Assembly (NCBI GenBank): GCA_023231475.1
Contig: JALJEE010002697.1
Coordinates: 46,580-66,579, forward strand
Origin: Seison nebaliae
Lineage: Eukaryota
Reading direction: 5' to 3'
Length of the DNA stretch: 20,000 nt
Below are positions 1 through 11,470 of the stretch, piece after piece. The position numbers and the translations under genes were made by a program. The notes under the pieces were generated by a model. It made no database searches. It saw only the letters and a list, made by a program, of their open reading frames with translations, and had not been told where the DNA came from. Position 1 is the stretch's first letter, and each line of letters starts with the position of its first letter.

Positions 1-3000
1 AGGAGATCTGCATCTCACATTGTCATGTTCCTCTTCATTCTCGCCTTCCGTCCCGTAAAAAGAAAACTAATTTTTTTCTTGAAGATCACACAAGAGTATG
101 TAGTAGAATTATTACATGAGAGTACATGATCGTATACTTCACTTATAAGAATATTATTATTATGAGGAGAATTATTGAAAATGAATATAATTCAATTCAA
201 AAAAAAAATTATTAACAAACATCATTCTGATGCACAAAAGACACAGCGCTCTATCTGTATGTACACGAGATGGCTTATACACCAAACACACATATCGTTT
301 CACTCATACACATATGTGATGAAGGGCGATGATGGTCAAGAAATAATATTATTTATTCTTTATAATTTTTGAAAAGAAGAAATGTTGAATGAGAAAATTC
401 ACGACTCCCCCCTACACTCTACCGTTGAGAGAAGGGAATAAACAAAGAGAAATTTATAATGTGTATATACACACACAATTACACACACATCTATACACAC
501 ATAGCACATACATACCTACCATCCAACTATATACGTACATATGGATTAGGTCAATGAAATACGTTGATTCAATTGGGAAGATTCGAAAGCAATACTCCCA
601 TGTACATGTGTACAACTGTTGGAATGTGTCGTTCTCTTCCACCTCTCCAATCCCCATTCATTTCATATTTATTCTTTACATAATATTGTTCAATCAACAA
701 TTGATTAATTGGACATCCACTATGGGAGTCAACTCGAATATGAGAACAACAGATAAATGATTAGAAAGCATTTGTTATGTTATTTCCAGACTAAGAACGA
801 CTGAGCTTCTCCCAATTTTCGTCTTGTTCGATATTCGACCTCTCTCAATCGAAAGTAAAGGAAAAAGAAGAATGAAGCAAAGTGATATTCACGTATAACA
901 ATTTTATAAAAAAAATCGTTAAAATACATACCGTCAATACAGTACCTAAAGAAAACATATACATATATTTGATTCAAGAAAGTAGGGACATATGTTCATA
1001 TTTAGGCACGTACATAAACTCAATTATTTTTTGAAGGAGTGTGAAGAAGGATAGAACTGCATATATATTGTGTGCGTGCTTCTTTCTGTCTGTATGTGTG
1101 GACAAATATGTAGAGAGCTACTTTCCTTTAATTATTACCGCTCATACGTGTCCCTATCAATTTGGTTGTATATAAATTTATTCTCTTTCCATCATAGAAA
1201 AATTTAATTTTTTTTCCATTTACCAAAATTTTTTTCGATATGAATAAAATAGAATGTGATTGTCCATTCTAGTAATATTTTGGATGTCTCCATTCCACTC
1301 CTTACATGTTTCTCGATGTCAATTCACCACAACCACCAATAAAGTTTCAAGTGTTGACTTCTCATACGATTCCTCACAAAAATTTCATTATATCATCTAA
1401 TAATCAAATAACATTTCTTCATATGAGAATAATATTCTTCATTCTCTTCAGTTTCAAATCACGATTATTAAGTAGCATCAATGTTTTTGCGGAACATTTC
1501 AGAATTTATTGTCTTTCCTGAAGTGAAATTTGGGCAATGTTTTCACCGTTCCTATTGTTTGAGTGGATCATTCTATTCATGATGACAGGTGCTTGTAGTA
1601 GAAGATCTCCAGTCGAATAATTTATGTAGAGGAAATTAAGAATGGGTCTTTTCCATGTCGATCATAGAAATTAATGAAAAAGAGAGAATTTTTATTCCAG
1701 TGTCGTTAAAACATTTTATTATACCTCTTACTTATTTAGGCTTATATGTGACCGACTAGATTAATCGTTGGAAAATGAAACATATCATCGTCAAACGACT
1801 AGTCTCGTTTCTCTCGAAAAGAAATTAACTAAATGTTGTATTTAATCCTATTGAAATTTTATATTATTCTTATCTTATTCGAATTATGTAATAAAATCTA
1901 TTTATTGTGAATTCCTAAGGAATTCTCCTCTCAAATTCTATTGACCATAATTTCATAACAGAAATGTCCATATTTAACGATATTCTGCTATTATGAAAAA
2001 AGACGACTAGTACATCATTCCAATCATTCTACTCCATTTTACATTTGAGTGAATTTGTTCTATAGAAAATAATATCGATTTATATATGGAGAACCAAAGA
2101 GAAACACCTAACTAGAATGTTAACTAAAAATAATCCCATCCATCTCTTTAGTTAAGTAGTTATTGAACAAGGAAGTTGCCCGATAGCGAATTCAACAGTC
2201 CATCGAAAAAACATATAAATTAGATATTTTCCCCAGATATATACATTTTTTTTAGATCAGAATGGAATAGAAGTTGGTAGCGATGAATAACCAGTACATA
2301 TGGAGAAATAATTAGAGACAAGTATTTTATTAATTTGATAATTTATTAGTAGTAAAGTAAATTAGTAAAAAAGAATGGATTAGAGAAAAGAAATATTACT
2401 TTTATCCACTGCGCTCAATGAAATTCCATACAACTACTACAAATTGTGTTAAATACACATTTACACAAGCAACAACAAGTTCGGTATTGGACGATTTAAA
2501 CTCTAAACGATTTAGGCAAGAAACAAATAAAAATTTTTTCATTTTCTTCTCCCACCGTACACTCATATATAATTGTAACGAGAAGGATTTATCCATCTCA
2601 ACAATTATAGAGCATAACTTCCTCACAAAATAAGTGGCATAAAATCATGCGCTTTCTCTTCTATATAATTTATTTCAATCAGCACAAAAATTTAAATGAA
2701 AAATTCAATTCATTCTAAAAACGAAAGACATTTGTTGTGATTCATTGCACTTTAAATTAAATTTCAATATAAATCGGGAGACAATTAATAAAATTAAATT
2801 TTTTTTCGAATATGATGAAATTATTCAAATAATAATTATTATCATAAAATAAATCTGTGAAACGAAAAAAAAAATTTGGTAATTTTGAAATTCAAATATT
2901 TAATATATGATTATTAATTGAATTAAAATTTTCTAATTCAGAGAAATTGGAGAAAGACTAAAAATTTGAAAATAAAAAATTTGTGAAAAAATTTTAAACT

Positions 3001-4070
3001 TGCTAAAATTTTTTCAATTTAATATTTATTTGTTTCCTCAATCGATATGAGATAGGAATACTAATATATTATGTAATAAAATTTTATTGTGCGTACAAGA
3101 CAACTTGTACAACTACTTTCCGAACACATGTAGAAGAAAGGGGAAATTTATTTAAATTTTTGTGCTGAGCAGATATGTACATCAAATGGAACGAATGCTT
3201 ACGTATTGTATTGACTTCTTGGAATGATATATAGAGAATTATTATTAATTTGTTATTAGGAGAATTATAAAATGTTCGTTTATTTTCCATTAATTCTTAT
3301 TACATCACAAAAAGTATAATATTTTATTCGATTTATTCCTTCTGTTCCCTCAACAACAGAAGGAGGCGAAGGAGAATATATGCTCTGAAGAAGGAGAAAC
3401 GTAGAAAAAGGTGTAGCAAACGAATCAGGATGTATACATATCATTCAATGTTCATTGATAATATAAGCCAATTTTCCTTGCCAAAAGAATCCTATACCTA
3501 AAGTATATTATATGTTAGATGAATTGTCGTATTTATAAAGAGTATTTTAAATTTTTATTTCGTCTAATTTATTAATAAAATTATGGATTGGAATTAGTGG
3601 ATATATGGTGGTGGTCCATTCCATCAATGTATATCATTCCCATCCATTATCATTGACAATGTTCGTTAAATTTGTAGAAGATATAAAAATTAATATCCAT
3701 GGCCATATAACAACATGGAATGAAATCCATGTTAGAAAATAATGTTCTTGAAAAAAGAATTGTCATATAAATATTTATTTTATGAGTCATTCTCTTCCTC
3801 GTCTTGTCATCAACAATTTCTCCGAACTTTTTAGTCTTTTCACTTTGATCAAGTACTGGAACAACAGTTGTATTGTATTGGAAATTTCTCTTCCCAATTC
3901 CCTAGAGAACAATGTCTCATGATCTCAAATTGATAAATAAAATTTAAAAGATTCGACATAAAATAATTCCACAAAATTTTTATAAACCAACCACTTTTTC
4001 ATCTATCTACATTATCCCATTTATTTATAAATAAATAAGAAAGAGAAATATTTGGTGAAAATATAGAATA

Positions 4071-4836
4071 ATGGCAGCAACAGCAGGATTTGATGGTTTG
4101 GCTGGTTCGGCCAATCCGATGTTCGAATATCAATTTCGAATGATATTAATCGGTGATTCGACTGTTGGTAAATCGTCATTGTTACGAAATTTCTGTGAAG
4201 GAGTTTCAGCAGAAGGCGAAGCTGATCCAACTGTCGGAGTAGATTTTTATACGAAACTCATCGAAATTCGACCAAATGTTCGAATCAAACTCCAACTTTG
4301 GGATACGGCAGGTCAAGAAAGATTTAGGTTTATTTCTATTTTTCATTCTTTATTTTTCAAAATTTTTATTTATTTGTAGAAGTATAACTCGTGCATACTA
4401 TCGTAATAGTGTTGGTGCATTACTTCTATATGATATCGCCCAATTCAGAACATTCGATCATATAACCGATTGGTTGATGGAAGCACGCTCCCAAATTGAT
4501 ATGGAGAGAGCAGTCTTCTTATTAGTTGGCTGTAAGAAGGATTTGGAAGGGAAACGAGAAGTGGAAACGATAATAGGTGAAGAATTCTCGAAAATCAACG
4601 ATATGGATTTCATTGAGACATCAGCGAAAACAGGAGAGAATGTAGAACAGGCATTCTTCTCCATTGCTGAGAAGATTTATGATTTGATTCAAACAGACAA
4701 ATTGAAGATAGAGGAAGGATGGGATGGAGTGAAACGAGGATATTTTATGCCTACCAATGAACTATCGAATGATAATTTTAATGGTGAAAGCGAATTTTCG
4801 GCAGATCCTGATCATAATTCATCTTGCTGCTCTTAA
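4071..4836 (+). CDS. RAB39: Ras-related protein Rab39 (exons 4071-4327, 4380-4836; 237 aa)
   Basis: Rab39-type motifs YQFRMILIGDSTVGKSSLL, DPTVGVDF, WDTAGQERFR|SITRAYYRNSVG, GCKKD, ETSAK and the family C-terminal IEEGWDGVK. Ends in the prenylation motif CCS. Removing the GT..AG intron 4328-4379 (52 nt, phase 2) joins the two ORF-track frames into FRSITR. Confidence 0.95.
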
Positions 4837-4983
4837 TCATTTTTGAAATTTTTTTCGGTTGTTTATTATATTTCAATTTGATTCTCTTTCCATCATCATC
4901 AACTTCATCATATTTTAATTTTCAATATCTCCTTTTTGATCTATTGTAAAGAAAGAATCATTAACAATAATTCTCCTCGTATC

Positions 4984-5027
4984 ACAACAACAATAACAAC
5001 AAGAACAATAACAACAACAACAACAAC
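4984..5027 (+). repeat. Imperfect (ACA)n microsatellite downstream of Rab39
   Basis: cacaacaacaataacaacaagaacaataacaacaacaacaacaac read directly. Confidence 0.8.
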
Positions 5028-5425
5028 TTATATTACATCCATATTCATTCTATTGATAATTGTTTTTTTTTTTCTAAATAAATTTTCCTGAAATATCTGA
5101 TTAATTTGTTATTTGAAAGAAAAATTTGAAAAGTTAAAAAATTTCGAATTATCTTCATAATTCATTTCGTTTCGTCAAAACAATTTTTAGAGTTTTTTTC
5201 TCAAAAATAAATGAGGAGTAATAAATTTCCTTATAATGAATTTCTGAATGATTTTGTAGAATAAAAGGAAAGTGAGAATAGACTGAAATAGCTGCTGTTG
5301 TATAATCGTAGTAGTCATATTTGTGGTAGGAATTCATTTCATTTTACTTTGTCTTTTTCGACTACCTTTGTTTTTGTTTTGGTTAATTGTCGTTGTCCCT
5401 CACAGAAACCGAACTGTTTCGTCTC

Positions 5426-5962
5426 ATGAGTAAGAAGAATAGAAGTAGAGATCATTCGAGACGACCACCTTGTTGTTCATGCTGTCATGATGAATATAAA
5501 GAGTTGTCCTTCTTTTCCCATTTTAATCTCTTTCTATAATCTAATTGATATGAATAAAGGAAAAGGAAAACATTGCGACGGGAAGGAGCATGTACATGCT
5601 GTGGACGGACATCAAGAGATTTGGAGAAGTTCGTCGGAGAGAAGTTCTCTTTGAAGATCAATTTAAGAAAGTTGAATGATCTTCCCGGATTAAATGGTGA
5701 GTCACTTAGATTATTAGATAAATTCGGATATGGATCAAGTAAAAAATTATTTGGTGTTTATTTGCTGATGAGGGAGAGGAGAGAAGTTTTCATGAGATGG
5801 CTTCGAATTGTGACCGGTAAGAAGATGAGTGATAGCGAATGCTCATTATTGATCGGTTTCGTCCAAGCGTGGCTTATGAAAAACAGAATTATCGCCCGTC
5901 GATTTTCGGTGATCGACACAAAAACCGAACCACCTACTTCCCGATTGTGGACATGCTATTGA
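5426..5962 (+). CDS. Barrier-to-autointegration factor (BAF/BANF)-like protein with Cys/Arg-rich N-terminal extension (exons 5426-5502, 5560-5962; 159 aa)
   Basis: Core TSRDLEKFVGE..LNDLPGL..LDKFGY..LFGVYLLMRERREVFMRWL..FVQAWL parallels BAF (TSQKHRDFVAE..LAGIG..LEERGF..VLGQFLVLKKDEDLFREWL..LREW). ATG at 5426. The GT..AG intron 5503-5559 (57 nt, CTAAT branch-like motif at 5541) puts exon 1 in frame with ORF 5573-5962. Confidence 0.75.
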
Positions 5963-6017
5963 ACATTAGATGAACATCAGTTCGATTTCTTTAAAGAAAA
6001 AATAAAATTTTGAAAAA

Positions 6018-9000
6018 TTATGAAAATGAACTTTCGTCTTGACATTTCTTCTCCAAACAATCCACCACTGTTTTCAACTTCTGGAAATTGGAAACATAAT
6101 ATTTCTGGGAATATTCGGACATTCCTTCTCGAATACTCTTCTCATCCATTCCTGAGAGAATGATAACTGTGTCCTCACTCACATTTCCTTCATCTCTACG
6201 AGGAAGTTCTTTATCTGCTTTTAAAATTTTAATTTCATCAGATAATTGTATGAAAACATTCGACAACTCTTCTTTCTCCATCGATGTCGATGAGTCGTCG
6301 AATGATTCTCGAATTTCTTTTCCATAATTCATGATTTCGGTAAGGAACCATTCTTCATATTTCGACGAATTATTCTCGTTCATATTGTTTTTTAGACGAA
6401 TGTTTTGCATTGAAATGAACGGAAGAAGTTTCGTCGTAAATTCATTGATGGGACTTTCACGAGAACAATGGAAAATGGGAAAGCTAAATCGTTTATATAT
6501 TTCCTCTAACCAACTCGTTGCCAATTGAGTGTCTTAAAATAACAATTAATTTTATATTAATCAAACTAAATAAAACTTGCTCCAAATCGAGCATTCGTAA
6601 ATGCATCATTCATCACCATATGCTTATGGGAACGATTTGGATTCTTTATCATATCGATTCTCCTCACCACACTATAGGGAATGCATAAATGATATTTTTT
6701 CGTTCTCAACAATTTTATGATTTTCGGAAGATGATAGATCAATGCCAAATGATCGACAACTAAATAGATCTTGAAAGAACGAGTGAGATTCTCCTGATGA
6801 TGAGCATCTGATGATGTAGATGATTTGGAATCATTATATTTCAAAAATTCGATTTCTCTCTGAAAAAATTGAAAAAAAATCGATAAATGAAAATTAAAAA
6901 AAAAATAAAACCAATTTCTCATAAATTTGCATATTAAGAAATGTTCCATAATAATTATCTGGAAGTATATCATCATTCAAAACGAGATTCATATCAGCTG
7001 TTTTAGACACTGCCATTATTCCAGATAAGTTCACTTGTAATCGTTCACGAAGAGACTCTGAAATGATTTAATTAAGAAAACAGAAATAAAATCAGAAATA
7101 CCTTTTGTTGGGAATTGAATAGGATAAGTGGCAGAATTAATGAGTATATTCGACCATTTGAAATATTTCAGGATTTTCGTATCTTTTAACGGTTTCTTAT
7201 CGAATCGGAGAACGTAAATAAATTTATAAATGTAATGTGAATGTTGAATGAAATGGTTGAAGAATGACGATCCGATAATTTTCGTTTTCGACGTCAATAT
7301 CCATTCCGTTAAGATGATGAGGATCTGTATCCATTCTAGAAATGTTTCATCATTATCTCCAAATGAAAAGAACAATTCTTGATTAGCATTTTCCGATCGT
7401 TCTTTGCTGAACAATGTTTCCCATGATTTTATGAAACTTTTATTATCTTTCCGTTTGTAATCGTTGAATGATTCGTCAAGGAAATCATTCATCGAATGAG
7501 AGAAATATTCCTCCATTCTTTTTATTTTCACATATTGCTCAATCGATAACCGATAGTCGTTTAACTGATGATTGTCAGATCTGAAAAAATTGTCCATTGG
7601 CATATCGATTCCATTCTCTCCTACTCGAAATTTATTTTTCTTTAAATATTTTAATGCTTCGATATAATTGGGAGAATGGAAGTAATATTCCAAATCCTCG
7701 AACGGAATAGTTATATCTTCTTCAATTAACAATCGATTTACGTCATTCTCCTTATCAGAATTATTTTTCTGATGATTTGATCTTCCTAAACGATCTTCTA
7801 TAACCTGCACGTTATCATTCGTTGAATATTCATCATTTTCTTCTTCTTCTATTGTTATCCGATCTTCATCTTTATCCTCATAAATTTCTATTTCGTCAGT
7901 TTCATTATCAGATTGCTCCACTTCTTTTTCTTCTTCTACTTCTTTATTACATTCTTCGCATTCCAGAGAAGCATATTGTGGATTATACTTATAATAATCT
8001 TTCATATATAGTTTAGCATAATGTTGGAAGAGTTCATCGAAATTGTCAGGTATCTTCTTCACAAATCTCTTCGTTACATAACAATTGAATTGATTAACAA
8101 TGACACAATAGATGTAAATGATTGTTTCATGTAAACGGTTAATATTCCGTCTTAACGATGTCTTGATCTTCTTCTGACATAATTCTATGGCATAAATTAC
8201 CATTCCGATCGATTGGAGGATAGTTGTTCGATCATATGCATCACTCTTATCACTATAGCAATTGTCGAAGGTTCGTGAGAATTCACGAATTGCCATATAA
8301 ATTGAATCGTTCAAATTATTCACTTCGATTGGATCCAAGGAACTGATGAATTGATCGAAGAACATCGATTTGAATTGAGAGAAGATGATAGCCTCCGCTT
8401 CATATGGAACATTTTTCTTTTCATTCAATTTCTGCATTATTTTTCCTGCATTTTCCATTTGTCGTTCTTTCAATTTAACAACTTTCGCTTTCGCTTTCTC
8501 TCTATCTTCATCTTCCACCAACAAATACCCCATTAAATGACCAAATGCGATTTCTAATGGTGTATATTTTATGGTGGGATTCTTATCTTCCAACTTCGTA
8601 ATAAAGGAAACAATCATATATTTCAGGTTTTCAAAAATTCCCCGTTCCACCTGATCCAACCGTCTCACTCCAACATTGAGACTGTACAGACAATAGAAGA
8701 TAGCTTGTGATTCATTCTGATTTCTGAGAAACATGGTCGCTAATAAATGTAGAGGGAAACTATTATATGGATCGATTTCCATTATTCTCATATAATATTT
8801 ACTCGCTATCATTTGATATCTATTGATGACCGATTCCTTGTAGGGATTATCCATACAATTAACTAAATCGATCCGATATCGATAAATGTCTCCCAAATTA
8901 TTATTGAGTAACATCAATAATTTCTGATGATTTACATATTCTTGACTTCGTGTATCGATGGAAAAAGAACCAAAATCAACCAATTGAAGAAATTTATAAT

Positions 9001-9481
9001 ATTCTGAGATAATATTCTCATAATGAATTTCAAATCCATTTGCCATTAGAGCTCTCTTCTTCTCCTAAGAGAATATTAATAATGAAAATTAAATTAGAAA
9101 AAATTAAAACTGATCTCATTTCACGAAACAGAGTGATATTAGCGTGAATTGTTTTTTTGAAATATTGTGATAGAACTAATACGACATCAGGAATTAGTTT
9201 TGGCATGCTGGGCAAATATTGCAAGATTAAAGACATTATTGAAAAAAATCTTTAGAGGAAGAATAGGAGAATTTGAGAAAAGATTGAAAAATAACTGTTC
9301 TCGTTTATTGATGGTTTTGAAACGTCCAGCAGCCTTCTCTTCATCGAAATCATAAAGGAACGAAAATTTAAGATCATCTTTCCTTGAACAAATGAACGTT
9401 ATTATTGTAGAACTAAATTAAAATTAACTTCAGAGTTTCCAATATCGCTCTGAATTGTTCCAAACATCTCATAGACGACAT
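6018..9481 (-). CDS. SMG5: SMG5/EST1B-like nonsense-mediated decay factor (exons 9481-9429, 9382-9296, 9249-9111, 9064-7102, 7057-6912, 6859-6577, 6532-6018; about 1061 aa)
   Basis: Est1/14-3-3-like motif LGDIYRY...ASKYY...DPYNSFPLHLLATM. C-terminal PIN domain YLVVDHLALIYHLPKI..IPYSVVRRIDMIK..WLEE..VIILSG is like the SMG5 PIN and lacks the downstream SMG6 catalytic acids. Six GT..AG introns (46, 46, 46, 44, 52, 44 nt) give one open 3186-nt frame. The first two exons are the least certain. Confidence 0.8.
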
Positions 9482-10285
9482 TGTACTGTCAAAACGAATG
9501 AATAAATTATTCTTATCAACCCAAGAAATGTTAGTTAAAAATAATGTTTCTCTACTCTTAGGCTAAGTTTTTGCATCCAAACATATTGGACAAGTACATT
9601 GTTTCAACAAAAGGACAAGCGTTCATGCTTTATTTCTAGATTTCCCAACATTTCCCATCGACGCAATCAGGAAAAACAGATAGAAAATACTATCATGATT
9701 GATTTTGGCTTCTGTTAGTTTCCATTTTACATCATGTCATTAAAATAAACATGTCTTTCTATATTCCGAAATTTCCGAAAGCTGTTAGCATAGAGCATGT
9801 TTTAGAGTTCTAATTAGTATTCAACTAAAATTAAAAATTGCAATAAAAAAAATTAAAAAATAATGTAATTATTCAGCATTTTTTAAAAGTAACCTTCTGA
9901 ATTTCCGTCCGAATCTTACTGATCACAGTGAGATGAAAAGGTTAATGGTGACGGATAATAATAAGATTAGTTTTTTCTTCTCACTAACACACAAGCATTA
10001 TAAAATGGTTAAATAATATACAATAATAAATAATTACATATAATGTATATGAAATATTGAACTTCTTTGCTTGTATACAAATTTGTATCTCTCGTAAAAT
10101 AAATTTGTGATATTGACAAATAATGAAAAAAAATCGAAGTTTAAAAAATTATACAATAAGCATCACTTTTCATATACAATAAAAAGATAAAGTAATTGGA
10201 CACTTTAGGGATTTTATAAAATAGATCATAACTTCTGTCTAATTAGGTATTTCTTAAACAGGTGTATAATATACACTGTATATTA

Positions 10286-10313
10286 TAGGTATTAGGTATT
10301 AGGTATTAGGTAT
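10286..10313 (+). repeat. Tandem heptamer (TAGGTAT)x4
   Basis: Four perfect copies, plus a single copy at 10244-10250. Confidence 0.85.
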
Positions 10314-10450
10314 ATAAAATAGCCCAATTCAACCTCTTCAAGATAGTGAAAAAAATTTTGAAAAAAATTAAATGTTTAATCTCTTAACAGGGCATTTTCG
10401 ATAAGAGCTCAGTTCTCTCTCTGCAGAATGTTTGGAAATTATAATTTAAG

Positions 10451-11470
10451 GACCATATTATCGCCTCCTCATCTCTTCGATCACTCATTTTCGATTGTTT
10501 CATTCTTCACGATTCGCAACCAGTATTTCTATCCGATCACGCTCCCTTGACGTTCTCCATATCCCTCATCATTCGCAAGCCGGTAAGTCAAAAAAATGCT
10601 CCTCCAACTCCTACAAAGAGTGTCGACCGAAGTTACTGCACATCATCATTACTTCTCATCAACATCACAATCCACTCACATCAGTCACATCCACGATCTC
10701 TCCCACTGTTTCACACCTTCCTTTCGTTACAGATGGAATCCTCGATATTGTCCAGCCGTTCCCTAACAACATCCCATAGCTAGAAATATCCGCAGCGCTA
10801 ATTCGTGCGAAGAAGATCTTTCGTCACGGTGTCTAACGTCCCCGCCGGATGAAATCAGCGAAATCTCTTCTCTCATTTATGAAGCAGTCGTCGTCTTCGT
10901 CCCGCTAGATTGAACACCTTTTCTCAAGATCATCCTTCCTTATCTCAATTCTCGTCACATTTCCGCGCATCGATGGAAATCCACTCCAACTACCCATGTA
11001 AGAGTTCATATATTGAGACATCCATTGGCTCAAGTATCACTCATATTAATCATATTCAACTCAAATTCCCAATTGCGTGAGAAGTCCAGATATGCTCATA
11101 ATTCGAAATATCTCCAATGCAATCAACTCCACCGGAATCAACAAAGCGCATGGCATCGAAGGGATCTGTCCGAACCTCGTGCAATGCAATGAAGATCTGC
11201 TATCGTCAATTCTTCTCGAAATTGTTAATCAGGCTTTCATAACTGCAGTTATGGTTCCATGCAGTTAACAAACCATGGTGTGTTTCCCACGAATTGGTTC
11301 CACTTTATAGCAATTTCTCAATTGAAGAAACCATCCAATGAACCAAATGATTTGAATTCGTATCGTCCTATCTGCATTAGTTCTTTCATGCTTCGAATCA
11401 TCGAACGGATGGTATTAGACGAGCTTATTTTCCTCTAGACATCTATTCGCATATAGAGCAACAAAATCAA
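10451..11470 (+). mobile_element. Degenerate internal fragment of a non-LTR (LINE) retrotransposon ORF2: APE endonuclease C-terminus, linker and N-terminal RT
   Basis: The frame from 10451 reads DHIIASS...FLSDHAPL (APE endonuclease DxI..SDH motif). From 11077: ISNAINSTGINKAHGIEGI..LLSSILLEIVNQAF. From 11274: GVFPTNW..LKKP..DLNSYRPICISSFMLRIIERMV (RT YRPI motif). Interrupted by stops and frameshifts, and richer in C than the flanks. No YADD and no poly(A) tail. Confidence 0.85.

Noticed and set aside
1..56. GC-richer stretch at the window edge that could be part of an exon (+ RRSASHIVMFLFILAF or - GTEGENEEEHDNVRCRSP)
   Set aside because: Too short. Strand and frame cannot be decided without flanking sequence.
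175..3290. Short ORFs of 65-123 aa in the first 3.3 kb
   Set aside because: Low-complexity translations driven by (CA/TA)-rich and AT-rich DNA, with no recognisable motif and no consistent exon chain.
3583..3735. TGGA/TCCA-rich imperfect inverted repeats, loosely similar to 12045-12080
   Set aside because: Matches are short and imperfect, with no clear termini or target-site duplication.
4021..4664. Minus-strand ORFs overlapping Rab39 (likewise antisense or alternative-frame ORFs over SMG5, FReD, ZFYVE19 and the FASTK gene)
   Set aside because: Shadow ORFs of real coding exons, with no independent evidence.
9482..9495. Acceptor-like TTTTGACAG 4 nt before the SMG5 ATG as a spliced-leader trans-splice site
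   Set aside because: Cannot be told apart from a 5' UTR intron or chance without transcript data.
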